Of a stretch of DNA of 64,000 bases, positions 39,584 to 52,799 are shown piece by piece. The position numbers and the translations under genes are program-made. Positions within the stretch are counted from its first letter, which is position 1; the number at the start of each line of letters is the position of its first letter. The stretch covers positions 83,080,001 through 83,144,000 of the forward strand of contig OX597818.1 in assembly GCA_951406725.2 (NCBI GenBank), written 5' to 3'. Under the pieces are notes generated by a model that had not been told where the DNA came from, did no database searches, and saw only the letters and a program-made list of their open reading frames with translations. The stretch comes from Octopus vulgaris. Its lineage: Eukaryota.

Positions 39584-39651
<68 letters not shown>

Positions 39652-39974
39652 CATGTATCTATTTACGTATATAATTATACATATTATCTTCTATTTATTG
39701 ATATATCTAAGCGTATGCCTAAATACCTTTCTAAAAATCTTCATCTCTCTTGCAAACTTTTTCTCTCATTCTCACGCTCTCTCTCTCTCTCTCTTACTAT
39801 CAGCATGAATGTATACGAGTTTGTCTGTGTGCGAGTATGTGCGTGTGTGGTTGTGTGCGCGTGTGTGTGTGTGTGTTGTAAGTTAAATAAATCGGAAGAT
39901 TAGCATTCAATAAAGTGTGCAATAGAGGAAGAGAGAAACATACACTCAGACACTCACACAAGCTCACATCCATG

Positions 39975-40015
<41 letters not shown>

Positions 40016-40143
40016 TTGCGTGTGTGTGTGCGCGTGTATATCTATATATACACACACATATACACATATATACACATACATATTTACATATATATATATA
40101 TTTATATACATACACACATGTGCATATACATACATATATATAA

Positions 40144-40195
<52 letters not shown>

Positions 40196-40509
40196 TATAT
40201 ATATATGAGTGTATGCGTGTGTTTTTGCTTTGTGTGAGTGTAAATATATACAGACGTATATATAGCACAGATAGATATGGAGATAGATAGACAAATATAT
40301 AGATAGATATATAGATAGATAGATAGATAGATAGATAGACAGATAGATAGATAGTTAGATACACAGACAGACAGATATACTCCTATTTATATTTATATTT
40401 AACTGTTTACCGATTAGTATCTAATACTGCCTGTCTCCGTCTCTCTAACTATATTCTATACTTTATATCTGAATATTTTCTATCCATTTCAATATTTTCT
40501 CCCACAAAC

Positions 40510-40900
40510 TCCAGTGGCACCACCATCACCAAATCGCCATCCCCTCTGCCACCAATACTACCGTATTACTCTCCTCTCTTGCAAGTCCTGTTTCACAGTG
40601 TCAAATGCTTTCTACACTATCTTTGATCTTTTGTGCTCCATCTACAGTAATAAAACGCATACAATTCACAGCCAGTCACAGTCAACAGATGGTTTCCGCT
40701 TCTTTTCAAAAGCAATTCCATTAACCGAATGGCAGAGCTGCTCTGCCGCCCCACCCTACTGTCGCCATCTCCACACTCTCGCTATCTGTGTTTTCACCTC
40801 TCTTGCTCATTCACCGATTGAACCACTCACCTATATACTCTCTTCCTCATTCAACTCCACATTTCCTCTCTGACTCAAACTTCAAACCTACTTCTCTTAA
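40510..40900 (+). mobile_element. Possible degraded CR1/Jockey-type LINE fragment
   Basis: C-rich strand; YRITLLSCKS and GFR resemble the YRPISLLS...GFR RT motifs. Confidence 0.4.
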
Positions 40901-41178
40901 TGTTTCTCTTCATAATATTGGAGTAACGCAAAAAAAATACATACATGCACACATACATACCTACGTACGTACATACGTAAATACATACATACATACATAC
41001 ACACATACATGCATGCATACATACACATATACATATATATACATACATACGAACGTACATGCATACATACATATATACACACATACATAGCTAGATGCAT
41101 ACACTAGTGCACACTGGCGCCTCTGAGTGTTGCTTTCATTTTATTCACGCACACACACTAAGGAATACACACGTATGC

Positions 41179-41243
<65 letters not shown>

Positions 41244-41269
41244 CATATATATGTGTGTGCGTGTATGTG

Positions 41270-41305
<36 letters not shown>

Positions 41306-41334
41306 CATGTGTGTGTGTGTATGTATGTATATGT

Positions 41335-41536
41335 TTCTGTGTGTCCGTCTATCATCGGTTGATGACCGACGTTTGTGTGTTTAAGTTTCCGTAACATTAG
41401 CGCTTCGGTAAAAGTGACCGATAGAATAAGTACTAGGCTTACAAGGAATAAGTCCTCGGATCGATTTGTTCGACAAAAGGCGAGGCTCCAGCATAGCCGC
41501 AGTCAAATGACTGAAACAAATAAAAGAATAAAAGAA
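41335..41536 (+). mobile_element. SINE family B, 3' half
   Basis: gaccgatagaataagtactaggcttacaag...cagtcaaatgactgaaacaaataaaag. Confidence 0.85.
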
Positions 41537-41633
41537 AATATATATATTGTCAGGTGGGTGGATAGAAAATTAAATTGAGGTATAGATAGATACAGAGATG
41601 AATTGATTAGATTATACACACACACACATATAC

Positions 41634-42040
41634 CTTTACTCTTTTACCTATTTCAGTCATTTGACTGCTGCCATCCTGGAGCACCGCCTTTAGTCGAGCA
41701 AATCGATCCGAGGACTTATTCTTTGTAAGCCTAGTACTCATTCAATCGGTGTCTTTTCCCGAACCTCTCACTTACGGAGAAGTAAGCACACCAGCATCGA
41801 TGGTGTGGAAAAAGCACGCACACAAACATACACACACACACACACATATATACATACATATATAAAACACACACACACAAAGAGCTTCTTTCAATTTCCA
41901 TTTACCAAATCCACTTGCAAAGCCTTAGTCGGCTCGAGGCTATAGTAAAGGACATTGCCCAACGTGCCACGCAGTGGGACTGAACTCGTAACCATGCATG
42001 TTGGTAAGTAAGCTACTTACCATGCTGGCACTCCTGCGCC
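41634..42040 (-). mobile_element. SINE family B
   Basis: tttcagtcatttgactgc...cactcctgcgcc. Confidence 0.85.
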
Positions 42041-42167
42041 TATAAATATACCTTCATGCATATATAAACAGATAGATATAAAAGATGTAAAAGGTGTATC
42101 TGAGTGTGTAAGTGTGGGTGTACTTGATTGTGCATGTGAGTATTCACGTTCGCATGTATATATGCCT

Positions 42168-42425
42168 CCTTGGGCAAGTATCTTCTACTATAGCTTCGGG
42201 CCGACCAAAGCCTTGTGAGTGGATTTGGTAGACGGAAACTATATATATATATATATAAATATATATTTATATAAACGTGTATCTGTTAGTGCCTGTATGT
42301 GTACCCCATCATCACTTGACAACCGATGATGGTGTGTTTACGTCCCCGGAAATTAGCGGCTCGGCAAAAGAGACCTATAGTATAAGTATTGGGCTTACAA
42401 AGAATACGTTCTAGGAATAAAAAAA
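42168..42425 (+). mobile_element. SINE family B, partial
   Basis: cttgggcaagtatcttctactatagcttcgggccgaccaaagccttgtgagtggatttggtagacggaaact; another partial copy at 42948-43205. Confidence 0.8.
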
Positions 42426-42456
42426 ATGAAAGAAAACACACACATATATGCATGTG

Positions 42457-42496
<40 letters not shown>

Positions 42497-43250
42497 AGAG
42501 AGACAGAGAATGCAAGTGATAGGGGGAGAGAAAGAGATAGAAAGAGAGAGATTTATAAACATGTATGTATTGATATTTCATTTTATTCACTATTCTGCTC
42601 TTGATATGTATTTCCTTACGGTTGTCTACGTATACTTATGCATGTTTATGTGTAGTTTAAGTGTGTGCAAGATGGCTTTTGCATTTGTGTGTGATATTCT
42701 GTATCAATGAATACACATCACAGTTTGGATTCTTCTGTTATTTGTATATGATTTAATAATCAATACTTTCTCTTTCAAACTCACCTTCACCTAAACGCAA
42801 AATTGCTTACTTACACGTTTTGTGTTACTGTGTCAGTTACCTGGTATTTACGCAGACTGACACAGAAGTTTCTCTATAAACGTGCTGTATGCTGTCTACG
42901 AACAATTTATACTTAAAACCTAAATATAGTTCGCCACAGCATGACCGCTTGGGCAAGTGTCTTCTATCATTGACTCAGACCGACCAAATTCTTGTGAGTG
43001 GATTTGGAAAATGAAAGGAACCTGTCGTACATATGTATATGTGTGTATCTTCGTTTCTGCGTTTGTTCACCACTACTGTTTCACAGCGTTGTTGGTTTCT
43101 TTACGTACCGGAAACCTAGCGGCTCGGTGTAAGTGTTAGGCTTAAAATAATTACTACGGTCGATGTGTTCGGCTAAAACTTTTCAAGGCCTTGCCCCAGC
43201 ATGGCAGCAATCTCGTAGCGGTGACCTTGTTTAAGGCCGCGTGCTGGTAT

Positions 43251-43482
43251 AAGGCGGCGAACTGGCAGAATCCTTAGCACGCCGGACGAAATTCTTAGCG
43301 GTATTTTGTCTGCCGTTACGTCCTGAGTTCAAATTTCGCCGAAGTCGACTTTGCCTTTCATCCTTTCGGGGTTGATTAAATAGGTACTACTTACGCACTG
43401 TGGTCGATGTAATCGGCTTAATCACTTTGTCTGTCCTTGTTTGTCCCCTCTGTGTTTAACCCCCTGTTGGTAATAAAGAAAT
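43251..43482 (+). mobile_element. SINE family A monomer with Tx1-like tail
   Basis: aaggcggcgaactggcagaa...ccttgtttgtcccctctgtgtttaaccccctgttggtaataaagaaat. Confidence 0.9.
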
Positions 43483-43501
43483 TAGACTTGTAACTCAAAT
43501 A

Positions 43502-43561
<60 letters not shown>

Positions 43562-43804
43562 AGGTGTTATCTTCAACAAACGTAAAGCAATATGTATATA
43601 CTATCGGTGCTAAGTTTAGTTTACCACTGAACTTTTGGCTTGAACTGCAACTGAAGTGTGTGTTCCAGCTGCCAATCACAGACGGCTAGAAGTGGTTTCT
43701 CCTTGAGCAGATAGATATAGATTAAAACAACAATAAAAAAGCAAAACTTCTGGTATAACTTGCAAAAGACATTTAATTTAGATAGAGAGTATAAGCATAT
43801 TGTC

Positions 43805-43890
43805 TTTTACAGCTGCTTCTAGAATAAACAAGTATGTTGATCTTCATATTGAGTAAGGATTCCATAAGTAAATATGCAGTCATCAGAGGG
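43805..43890 (-). ncRNA. Decayed hammerhead motif (GAAACAGCTGTA family)
   Basis: Minus strand: ccct-CTGATGA-c...a-GAAG-CAGCT-GTA-aaag; core and stem I mutated. Confidence 0.4.
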
Positions 43891-44392
43891 AGAGAGAGAG
43901 AGAGAAAGAGAGAGAGCGCGAGAGAAAGAGATAGAGAGAGAGAGTGAGAGAAAAGTTAGAGAGATGTAAAAATTAGGGATATTAGTATACTCCTGTGTGT
44001 GAAAATTAGAAGGATCAGAGTAAAATCGGTATGCTTTACGTACTTCCATGATCGAATAAATAATACAGTTATAGGTAATGTCCACTAGCATTTTCAAATG
44101 AGAACGCTCCCAGTAGTACCAGGCTGTCTTTAGCTTTAGAACTCCTTTCGTTATAAAATTCAGATTGACCACACTTATATGCATACATACGTATGAACGC
44201 ACAACACACGCTCATACGATGACGCACAAGCACTTATATTCATCACACTAATACACGCATTCTATGCACACAAAAGTTTATATATATATATATATATATA
44301 TATTTAATTACGATAAATAACCTCCATTAAGTAATTCAATTTCATTTAGAATTGGTAAATATTGCCCTGTAAGTTTGGAATTATATTCCCTA

Positions 44393-44447
<55 letters not shown>

Positions 44448-46104
44448 TATATGTATGTATGTGTGTGTGTGTGTGTATACACACACATGAACCGATTCAA
44501 ACTTAACCGAAATAAAAGAGCCTTGACACTTGTCGGCCAGCTTCACTTTTCCAAATAAAACAAAAACAAAACAAAAATAGAATAACTCCTACAGAAAAAT
44601 ACTCACAAACATATATACATAAGTACATATCATCTGTAGCTATCAGGAAATATACGGAAGATTCTATCTTTCCATGAGATATGACAATGTCACTAATATA
44701 AGATGCTCTATAAGATGCTCTATAATGGTATACGCAGGAAGATTGTCCTGACGGTTATACCAAAGGCATATCAGAACCGGAAAGTATTTACACTTTTCAA
44801 AATATAAAATACTGGTGGAAAATTGCTATGAAAATAACAATTCAGTGTGCGTGCAACAGGGAAGTTAAACAGATTTGGTAGAAGGAGCAAAAGCCTCTCG
44901 TCGTTGTAGCGATGAGTTGATCATAGATTGTCATCTTCAGAAGTGAACGACCTAGTTTTATATACATTGGAGCAGTTTCATATTTATGCCAAGAATTTTC
45001 CTTGATAATTTTACAATATTTTGTTTTTAACCTCTACTCGTAATTCTTCAGAAAAAAATTCAAGACGAAACAACTTGGATTATAACACCAAATGTACACT
45101 ATGTATAGTTGGCCTAGTTTTACTCCTGAAGTCGGTGATTCTTCTATTTTTAGTTTTCAAATTCCTATTGTTTCTTGGTCAATTGTTTTCCAGACCGCAT
45201 TTCTTGAAGGTCCCCTCTATGCTTAGCCCCTTGTGGGCAGTAAAGAAATATATATATTTCTGGCATTGTTTCTCTGTTTAACGTTTCCTATTCGAAAGAA
45301 TTTCTGTCAACCTTTCGGCTGTAGAGTTGCATCTAATATGTATTGATAGTGCTGTATATTGATTTGTTATACATACATACATTTAAATTCGTATGCTACA
45401 AACGATCACGTTATGTAGTACAATAAAATTCTACAAGGCCTTCTCAAGTTTTAAAAGAAGATGAACAAAACAAGATGCTTTCCTTCCAAGCAGGTGAAAA
45501 TTACCGGGCATGACATAATTAACTCCAAGTTATAAAACAGAAGATAAAAGGAAAACAGAACATACATCAACACACATAGACACACATACATAGACACGCA
45601 CACACACACATACATACATACATAAATACATACATACATACATACATAATACATACATACATACATACAAACATATTTGAATAATGAGAGAGAGGGTAGA
45701 ATGGTTTACGAGTATCTGACATTGGAGATGAGTCTCTTTGGGTGATTACAAGATGTATCCCGTTAAAATTACGCCTGTTACGCAAGACAAATACGCATAT
45801 ACACACACCCACACACACACACGCATATTAACGCAACACACACACACATACACACACACACAATAACCACGCTGTCATCTGCTTAGTCTAATGTCAATTT
45901 TGCCCAGATCTTCCAATCACGATAGTGAAAATGTAAATTTATATTATTATATAGGTTTTGTGATTTAAATTGTGTGTGAAGTGAAACAATTGTAAGCAAT
46001 AAATTGATAATATTAATAATATTTGATGTTTTATAATATATATATTGAAGCTAGGGTATCTTGGATTAAACTATCGCTAATATACGTTTAAATATCGTCA
46101 TTGT

Positions 46105-46394
46105 TTGTTCCTTTCTCGAGCCATGCCTGGCTCATAAGGGTCGGTTTCCCGGTTTCCTTGACGTTTAGTTTCCCCACCTGGACGAGACGCAGGTGATCTG
46201 CATGATGCAGGAGGAAAGAGTGAGAGAAAGTTGTGGCGAAAGTGTCAGCAGAAGTTGGGCATTACTTTCTTCAGGAGCCGCGTGGAGCTTAGGTGTTTCG
46301 CTCATAAACACACATATCGCCCGGTCAGAGATTCGAACCCGCGATCCCTTGACCGCGATTCTGCTGCTCTAACCACCAGGTAATGTGCCTCCAC
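46105..46394 (-). mobile_element. SINE family C (tRNA-derived)
   Basis: Minus head gtggaggcacattacctggtggttagagcagcagaatcgcggtcaagggatcgcgggttcgaatct with B box GGTTCGAATC. Confidence 0.75.
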
Positions 46395-47064
46395 AAATAT
46401 CGTCATAGTGTATCTATAATACACCCCCTACACACATATGCATATGTATATAAACACTCATATTCTAAGATGACAGCCTTCTCATTTTCAGCCTGACTGT
46501 TTTCATTTACTTCCACCTACAGGCCTTAATACGATGCAAAACGGTTCAAGATATGAAATGATAGATTGACGTCCGTTCGGTTCTGTATTCATGTGATCAG
46601 AACTTGTATAACACGTTTGCCACTCTTTCAATCCAGAGATTAGGTTCCAGTGACAAGCATTGCCAGATGACTGGCACTACTTTGACTGCATGTTTTACGG
46701 TAGAGTATCTTTCTCCAAGAAGCGCTGCTTGTGCGACTTTGTCGAATATAACGGGTCCCTCCTCTGCCCGTGGGAAAGCGATTTAATCCATAAATGGGTC
46801 CTTGACAGACACATTTGCTCCAGGACAGAACAGAAGTGGCAGTAATGGTAATTAAGTTGTGAACCCACGCCCGCTCCCCCGATTCCAGAACTCTCTAACT
46901 GAAACCTCATCCCTGGATACAATATAACGTCATATCCAGGACACACACACACATATGTATGCATATATATATACACACACATACATGCATGTATAAAGTA
47001 TATTAGGTTTTGTAATCTAAGTTGGTTCCACCTGAAACTTCATCGTCGCGTTAAAATTTGTATT

Positions 47065-47455
47065 CATTATTTACATTGGACGGATATGTATCCTCATCTT
47101 GTTTGGTTCGGTTGATTTATTCTCCAGCCTTCAACAGGTGTTCTGGTAGAATTTTGAACCCAACCTCTCATTCCTAAGGTTTTTTTTTTGCTGATATTGT
47201 TATAATTATTATTATCATTAATATTATAAACCCTAAAGTTCACTCTATAATTGCCCACGGGCAATTAGCGTAATGGCTAAGTGTGTGGGCTACTAACCCC
47301 AAAATTTCGAGTTCAATTACAATCAGTGCCTCGAAATAATAATCATAATAATAATAATAATAATATAAAAAAATAATAATAATATCAGCAAAAAATAACT
47401 TAACGTATGAGAAGCTAGGTATGGGTTCAAAATTCTACCAGAACACCTAATGAAG
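47065..47455. mobile_element. Second head-to-head inverted pair of the tRNA-headed hammerhead element
   Basis: Plus arm starts tgcccac...tagcgtaatggctaag...gagttcaatt, then (TAA)n, and ends acacCTAATGAag; minus arm 47065-47225. Confidence 0.75.
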
Positions 47456-47895
47456 TCCTATTTTCTGTTTTGATATAAGCGTATGCGTGTGTGCCTCTGT
47501 TTGTGTGTGCATGCGAGCGTACGATGGTGTATATGTGTGTGTGTGTATGCGTGTGTGCGCGCCCTCGCGCGTGTTCATATACCGATCATAAATCGTAGAG
47601 TGCACGTAGAAGAACAGTGTGAGTAGAAACAATAACATATGTATTCATTCTTCACACGTTCTGGCATACTCAAGTGTGAATGTCTGATTAGCCCGGCCGG
47701 ATAGCTTTCACTGAGCAAGCATACAACACAGTCAAAGTAACACAGTGTGTTGAAGTCTCCATACACCGGAAAATTACAACAGTGACCCCAAATTTCCTTG
47801 ATCGAATCTCTCAGAACGTATTACGAATACTGCGACACATTACATTAATACTTACATATATGCACACATACATGTACACACACATACAAATGCAT

Positions 47896-48441
47896 ATGGT
47901 GGTGGTTGCCCCCTCGTTATCGAGTATGGCTATTGCACGAAGCTTAATCAATGTTGTTATCGTGCAATGCCTGCGCAAGAAGATTTTTTTTTAAGTGAGG
48001 AAAGGCTGTGTACTGAGTCAATCCCACTCACTAAGCAACAGCAGCCATAATCCGAAAAGAAGAACAAGTCAACATCATCGGTAACCACTGAGCTGCATGT
48101 TTTATGTCAGTTACCTGAGTTAGCTTCTCCTAGAAGGATGCCCTAACAAAGGCTAGGAGTCCTTCACTCCCAGTGGTCAAACCGCGCGATCGAGTATTCA
48201 GTCCGATTATTTCTATGTCCCCGCACATGATACAGTCTTAAGACATTTATTGAATGGCCGTTGACTCTCAAGACTTCCTCCGCCCTTTGATGGGTTTTGT
48301 TTTTTATCCCGCAGGGTGTCCAATAAACACCCTCCTCACCAAGCAAGCTTGGTGGGGTTGCCAGTTTAGTCGCGGACGACCCGACCGTGCAACATGTTGT
48401 ACTGGGTTACATGTTACCAGTAGCACTCGAAAGTGACCTGA
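47896..48441 (-). mobile_element. Family D non-autonomous retroelement (longer copy, RTE-like 5' leader)
   Basis: Colinear with 19501-20019 and extending further 5'; CATA-rich flanks. Confidence 0.75.
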
Positions 48442-48462
48442 CATAACAAATGCATATATATG

Positions 48463-48640
48463 TATGCTAACATGTAAACTAGTACAATCTGTTACGTGGT
48501 CGGGTCGTCAGTGACTAAACTGCCAGCCCCACCAGGTACGCTTGCTGAGGAGGGGGATTGTTCGACATCCTGCGGGACGAAAAATATGACTCGCCAAAGG
48601 ACCGAGGAACTCATGAGTAGTCAAAGGCCATTCAAAAAAT
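48463..48640 (+). mobile_element. Diverged 5' leader of family D, inverted relative to 48250-48420
   Basis: taacatgtaaactagtacaa...ggtcgggtcgtcagtgactaaactg...ggccattcaa. Confidence 0.7.
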
Positions 48641-48838
48641 ATGTGTAGATATATGTATATATATGGGCCTGGAGAATGCTTGAAGGCACAAGGTACGTTA
48701 TAGAAATCTGCCTTACCACGTGTCTCGATACCAAGTCACTATTAGTATATCGTATGCAAATACAGTTTACACTGAATAATATTTATTTCTCAATGGATGG
48801 AGCACATTTTTGTTGATCCTGTCTTAACGGAACAGTAA

Positions 48839-48879
<41 letters not shown>

Positions 48880-49465
48880 GAACACACGCACGCACGCACA
48901 CATACACACACACACACACACACACGCACGTAATTACACACGATCAGTATCACACCAGCAAACGTGGTTAAGAGTTTTCTCTATAAGGAATTAAAATAAT
49001 TTGTTAGAATGTTGTGCTACATAATAAAGAAATGTGTGAAAAGCAAACACGATTTCACACGAACTGGTTTGAGTTGGAAATCAAAGAGGAAGAAAAATTG
49101 TGAAAATGTTTACATACATGTCAAAATATAGCAATTTAGAGCTAATTGATTTTTCATAGTATTATAATATAATAAGTGTGAAAAATTGAAGAATTTGCAA
49201 AAAAGTATATTATTTGAAGTAATAATTAACTTTATAAAACTTAGTACAAGAACGCAAACAATTTAAAGTGAATACAAAATTTACAAATGACACAAATTTG
49301 GCCGTGATTTAATTAGAAGAATAACATGAAAAAGGAAATGGAATAAACGAGACGAAAAGAAATCAAATTTTATAGAAACATGTTTTGTATATGCCTCATA
49401 CCTAAACTAATACTAAAAAAAAATTATCATAATATAAGGGAATAGTATTATATATATATACATAC

Positions 49466-49533
<68 letters not shown>

Positions 49534-49623
49534 TTACAATATAAATCATGTGCTGAACATCATCTTGACTTTCCAAGAATATTTCTTGTTGTATATACGA
49601 ATCTTATAAAGTCTGTAATTTAG

Positions 49624-49803
49624 AGGCTCAGGCCTGAATGTGTGTTGAAAAAGCTCGCTTAACGGCTACGCAGTTTCCAGTTCAGTCCCACTATGAGGTA
49701 CCACAGATACGTGTCTGCTATTGAAGACCTGGGTCGACCAATGCCATGAGTGAATTTGGTAGACGAAAATTGTGCTAAAGCCATGCATACATACATACAT
49801 ACA

Positions 49804-49839
<36 letters not shown>

Positions 49840-50228
49840 TATATATTCATATGTATATGGGTGGGTGTGTGCGCGTGTACCAGTATGTGTGTTTGTGCAT
49901 CTGTGTGTGCGTGCGTGTGTGTGTACGCGTTTGTTTGTGTGTGTATGTGCGTATGCATAGGTGTGTGTGTGTGTGCGCGTGTGTGTGTTTGTGCATGCGT
50001 GTGTGCGTATATGTGAGTGTGTGTGTGTATATTCTTGTTTATGGCTTCGTGCTTGACAGTAATTTCTTTGTTTACGTGCCTGTAAATAAGAGGTTCACTA
50101 AGAATGACCGGATGATTCACTACCAGAATCAAATAAGTATTGTTCAATTTACTCGATTAAATGCTTCAAAGTGGTGTTCCAGTATGGCCGCACTCCAGTG
50201 ACTGAAACAGGTAGGAAAAAAATGAAAG
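49624..50228 (+). mobile_element. SINE family B, degraded, with expanded internal microsatellite
   Basis: ttcagtcccact...gtgaatttggtagacgaaa; ccagtatggccgcactccagtgactgaaaca. Confidence 0.7.
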
Positions 50229-50742
50229 GTAAGTTATTTTGTGTGTATTCATTTACAGATGCATTCTCTGCAACTATTTACAATATATGTTGAACATTAT
50301 CGGTTTCTACCCCCTATCACGCGCCTGCACAAATCTTTCGTACCATTTTGAATAGCGCTGTAGTTACTACTGGTATTCAAATGCCGTTGCTGATACTCCC
50401 TGCCTAAACTAATCAGAGGTGCAATTAGGTTTAAAGCACAAAATACTTCAAGCAAAGCCAGGACCATATAACAATAGGGTTGCTCACAAATAGAAACATT
50501 TTCACTTGACGCTCAAGATTATTTCATATCATTTCGTGATAAGGAGGATATTCCTTTATAAACAATCTATTTCACGTAAATCAATCAATATTTTGATCAT
50601 TGTTTGTATTCCTTCCTATCACCATATTTTCTCTGTATAACTCTTCACTGGCATTACACAAAGATTTTTCAAATGAATATCACATAGCAACGTGTATGTA
50701 TGTATGTATGTATGTATGTATGTATGTATGTACGTACGTGCG

Positions 50743-50791
<49 letters not shown>

Positions 50792-51034
50792 TGTCACCTT
50801 AAATAAAACACTCGATTCAATAACACTGTACAAAATCTATATGTGATCAATTTTAAATACTATTGGAACTTACTAACAAGGTATTGGAATCTTATATGTA
50901 TACCATTCTGCCTAAATAATGGATCTACAGATGCAATACCAATGCATATCTCACATTTTGTTTCATTCCTCCTATTCACTCTCTATTTCACTTTTTATCT
51001 AAAATAACTATTACTTAACCATTTTCTCACAGCT

Positions 51035-51082
51035 TCTCCGATGAAGGGATATATAAGATATATCGCAGAAACAACTGTAAGA
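51035..51082 (+). ncRNA. Hammerhead-like motif (CCGAUGA variant) in a probable Penelope pseudo-LTR
   Basis: tct-CCGATGA-agggatatat-aag-atatatcgca-GAAA-CAACT-GTA-aga. Confidence 0.5.
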
Positions 51083-51310
51083 TCTTCTATTTATAAATCT
51101 TCTAAAATCTTTCCCAGCTTTGGATTTTTATCTCATTCTGAAAATTTGATATATACACATGCTGATATATGTCCTACGTTGGACTCCTCATTCGGATAAT
51201 CACCGAACCTGGAGCTTAACTATAGTCTGTCCATAGCACTTACTCAGCATTACCTGACACCTTTGGGTCTTATTAACACCATTACCTCTCATAACCGCTC
51301 TCTCTATCTA

Positions 51311-51401
<91 letters not shown>

Positions 51402-51779
51402 GCGTGTGTGTGTGTGTGTGTGTTGTATATGTAAAGTAACAGTTTTAGAGAAATACCATTGGTTTCATACCTAGCTTCAACTAGACATACCTTCAGTTTC
51501 TCTAAACGATAACTGTTCTCTGCAAAGAATGTTTTTTAAACACAAAAACCCCTGTGATAGTTAAAGAAATATCCCACTTTAATTTGTTGTCTATTACAAG
51601 TTTTCCTTAACTCATGGTTGATTCTAATGTGTCTGGGTTTGGTTAGTCTTATCTTATGTTTTGGGATTCTATTATCTAGATTTTTTATATAGTTTATGTA
51701 GTTATTATCGTGTTTGGTAAGGTTGTTATAACGAATCGTATTATTACAAGTTGAGTTATAAGAGTTATTATTATCATTA

Positions 51780-52200
51780 CTACTACTGGTATATTGGATT
51801 TTCTCACCGTATCCGGCCTTAGCTAATGTTGATTTATAACAAAGTGCGTGTATGTTGAATATATTTTCATTTACAGATAACCTGGATATTGTAGCCGAGA
51901 TGTTGTTAACGAGTTACCTAATTATTGATGGTAGATTATTAGATCCAACGTTGATGTATTTTATGTTCTCATTATGTTTATTGAACGGTTCGTGTAGACC
52001 AGTATCCAAGTCAAAAGTAGCATCTAAACTTTGACTCTACGGTATTCGTTGATTATAGTGATGGAGAGTCCATTATTTAAAAGAAAAACTTAGAATTTTT
52101 TGTACTTGTCGCGCTGTACTTTGCTACATTTATGTAGGAAGAATAATGCGTCAACTCTGTATAGGCCTTCATTCAATCCAGGAATATATAATTGTATCTG
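51780..52200 (-). pseudogene. Degraded Penelope-like element reverse transcriptase
   Basis: GLYRVDALF (cf. GLYRDDGL), NGLSITI, LDATFDLDTGLHEPFNKHN..KYINVGSNNLPSII, ISRLSVNENIF...LAKAGY. Confidence 0.8.
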
Positions 52201-52354
52201 GAATACGTATATATAGACAAAGCTGTGGCTATGTGGTAAGAGGATTGTACACCAAGCACGTGGTTACGGGTTGAATCCATTTCTGTGATATCTTGAGGCA
52301 GAACTTAAAAGTAGCCTTCACGTATACACACACACACACACATATATATATATG

Positions 52355-52461
<107 letters not shown>

Positions 52462-52462
52462 G

Positions 52463-52515
<53 letters not shown>

Positions 52516-52521
52516 ATACAA

Positions 52522-52563
<42 letters not shown>

Positions 52564-52799
52564 ATAGGAGACGTAAAATGCCATGAGATATCAGAGGTGA
52601 ATATATTTATTTAAGCGCTTGTTATTCTAATGAATACTGTCGTTTATCTGCAGACATGTAGTATAAGTGTAGCCATGTAAACATAATTTATTATACGTTG
52701 AAAGTATTGTTACATGATGAATGCTGCGAAACAACCGCAATACTCAGGATGGGAAGTGGTTAAATGAATACATAGTTTATATATATATATATATTAGAG

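Noticed and set aside
44745-44790. Hammerhead-like cctgacggtt...aaccggaaa
   Set aside because: Core is incomplete and there is no stem I/III; tcatcag/ctgatga hits near 9480, 12821 and 61993 also lack the rest of the motif
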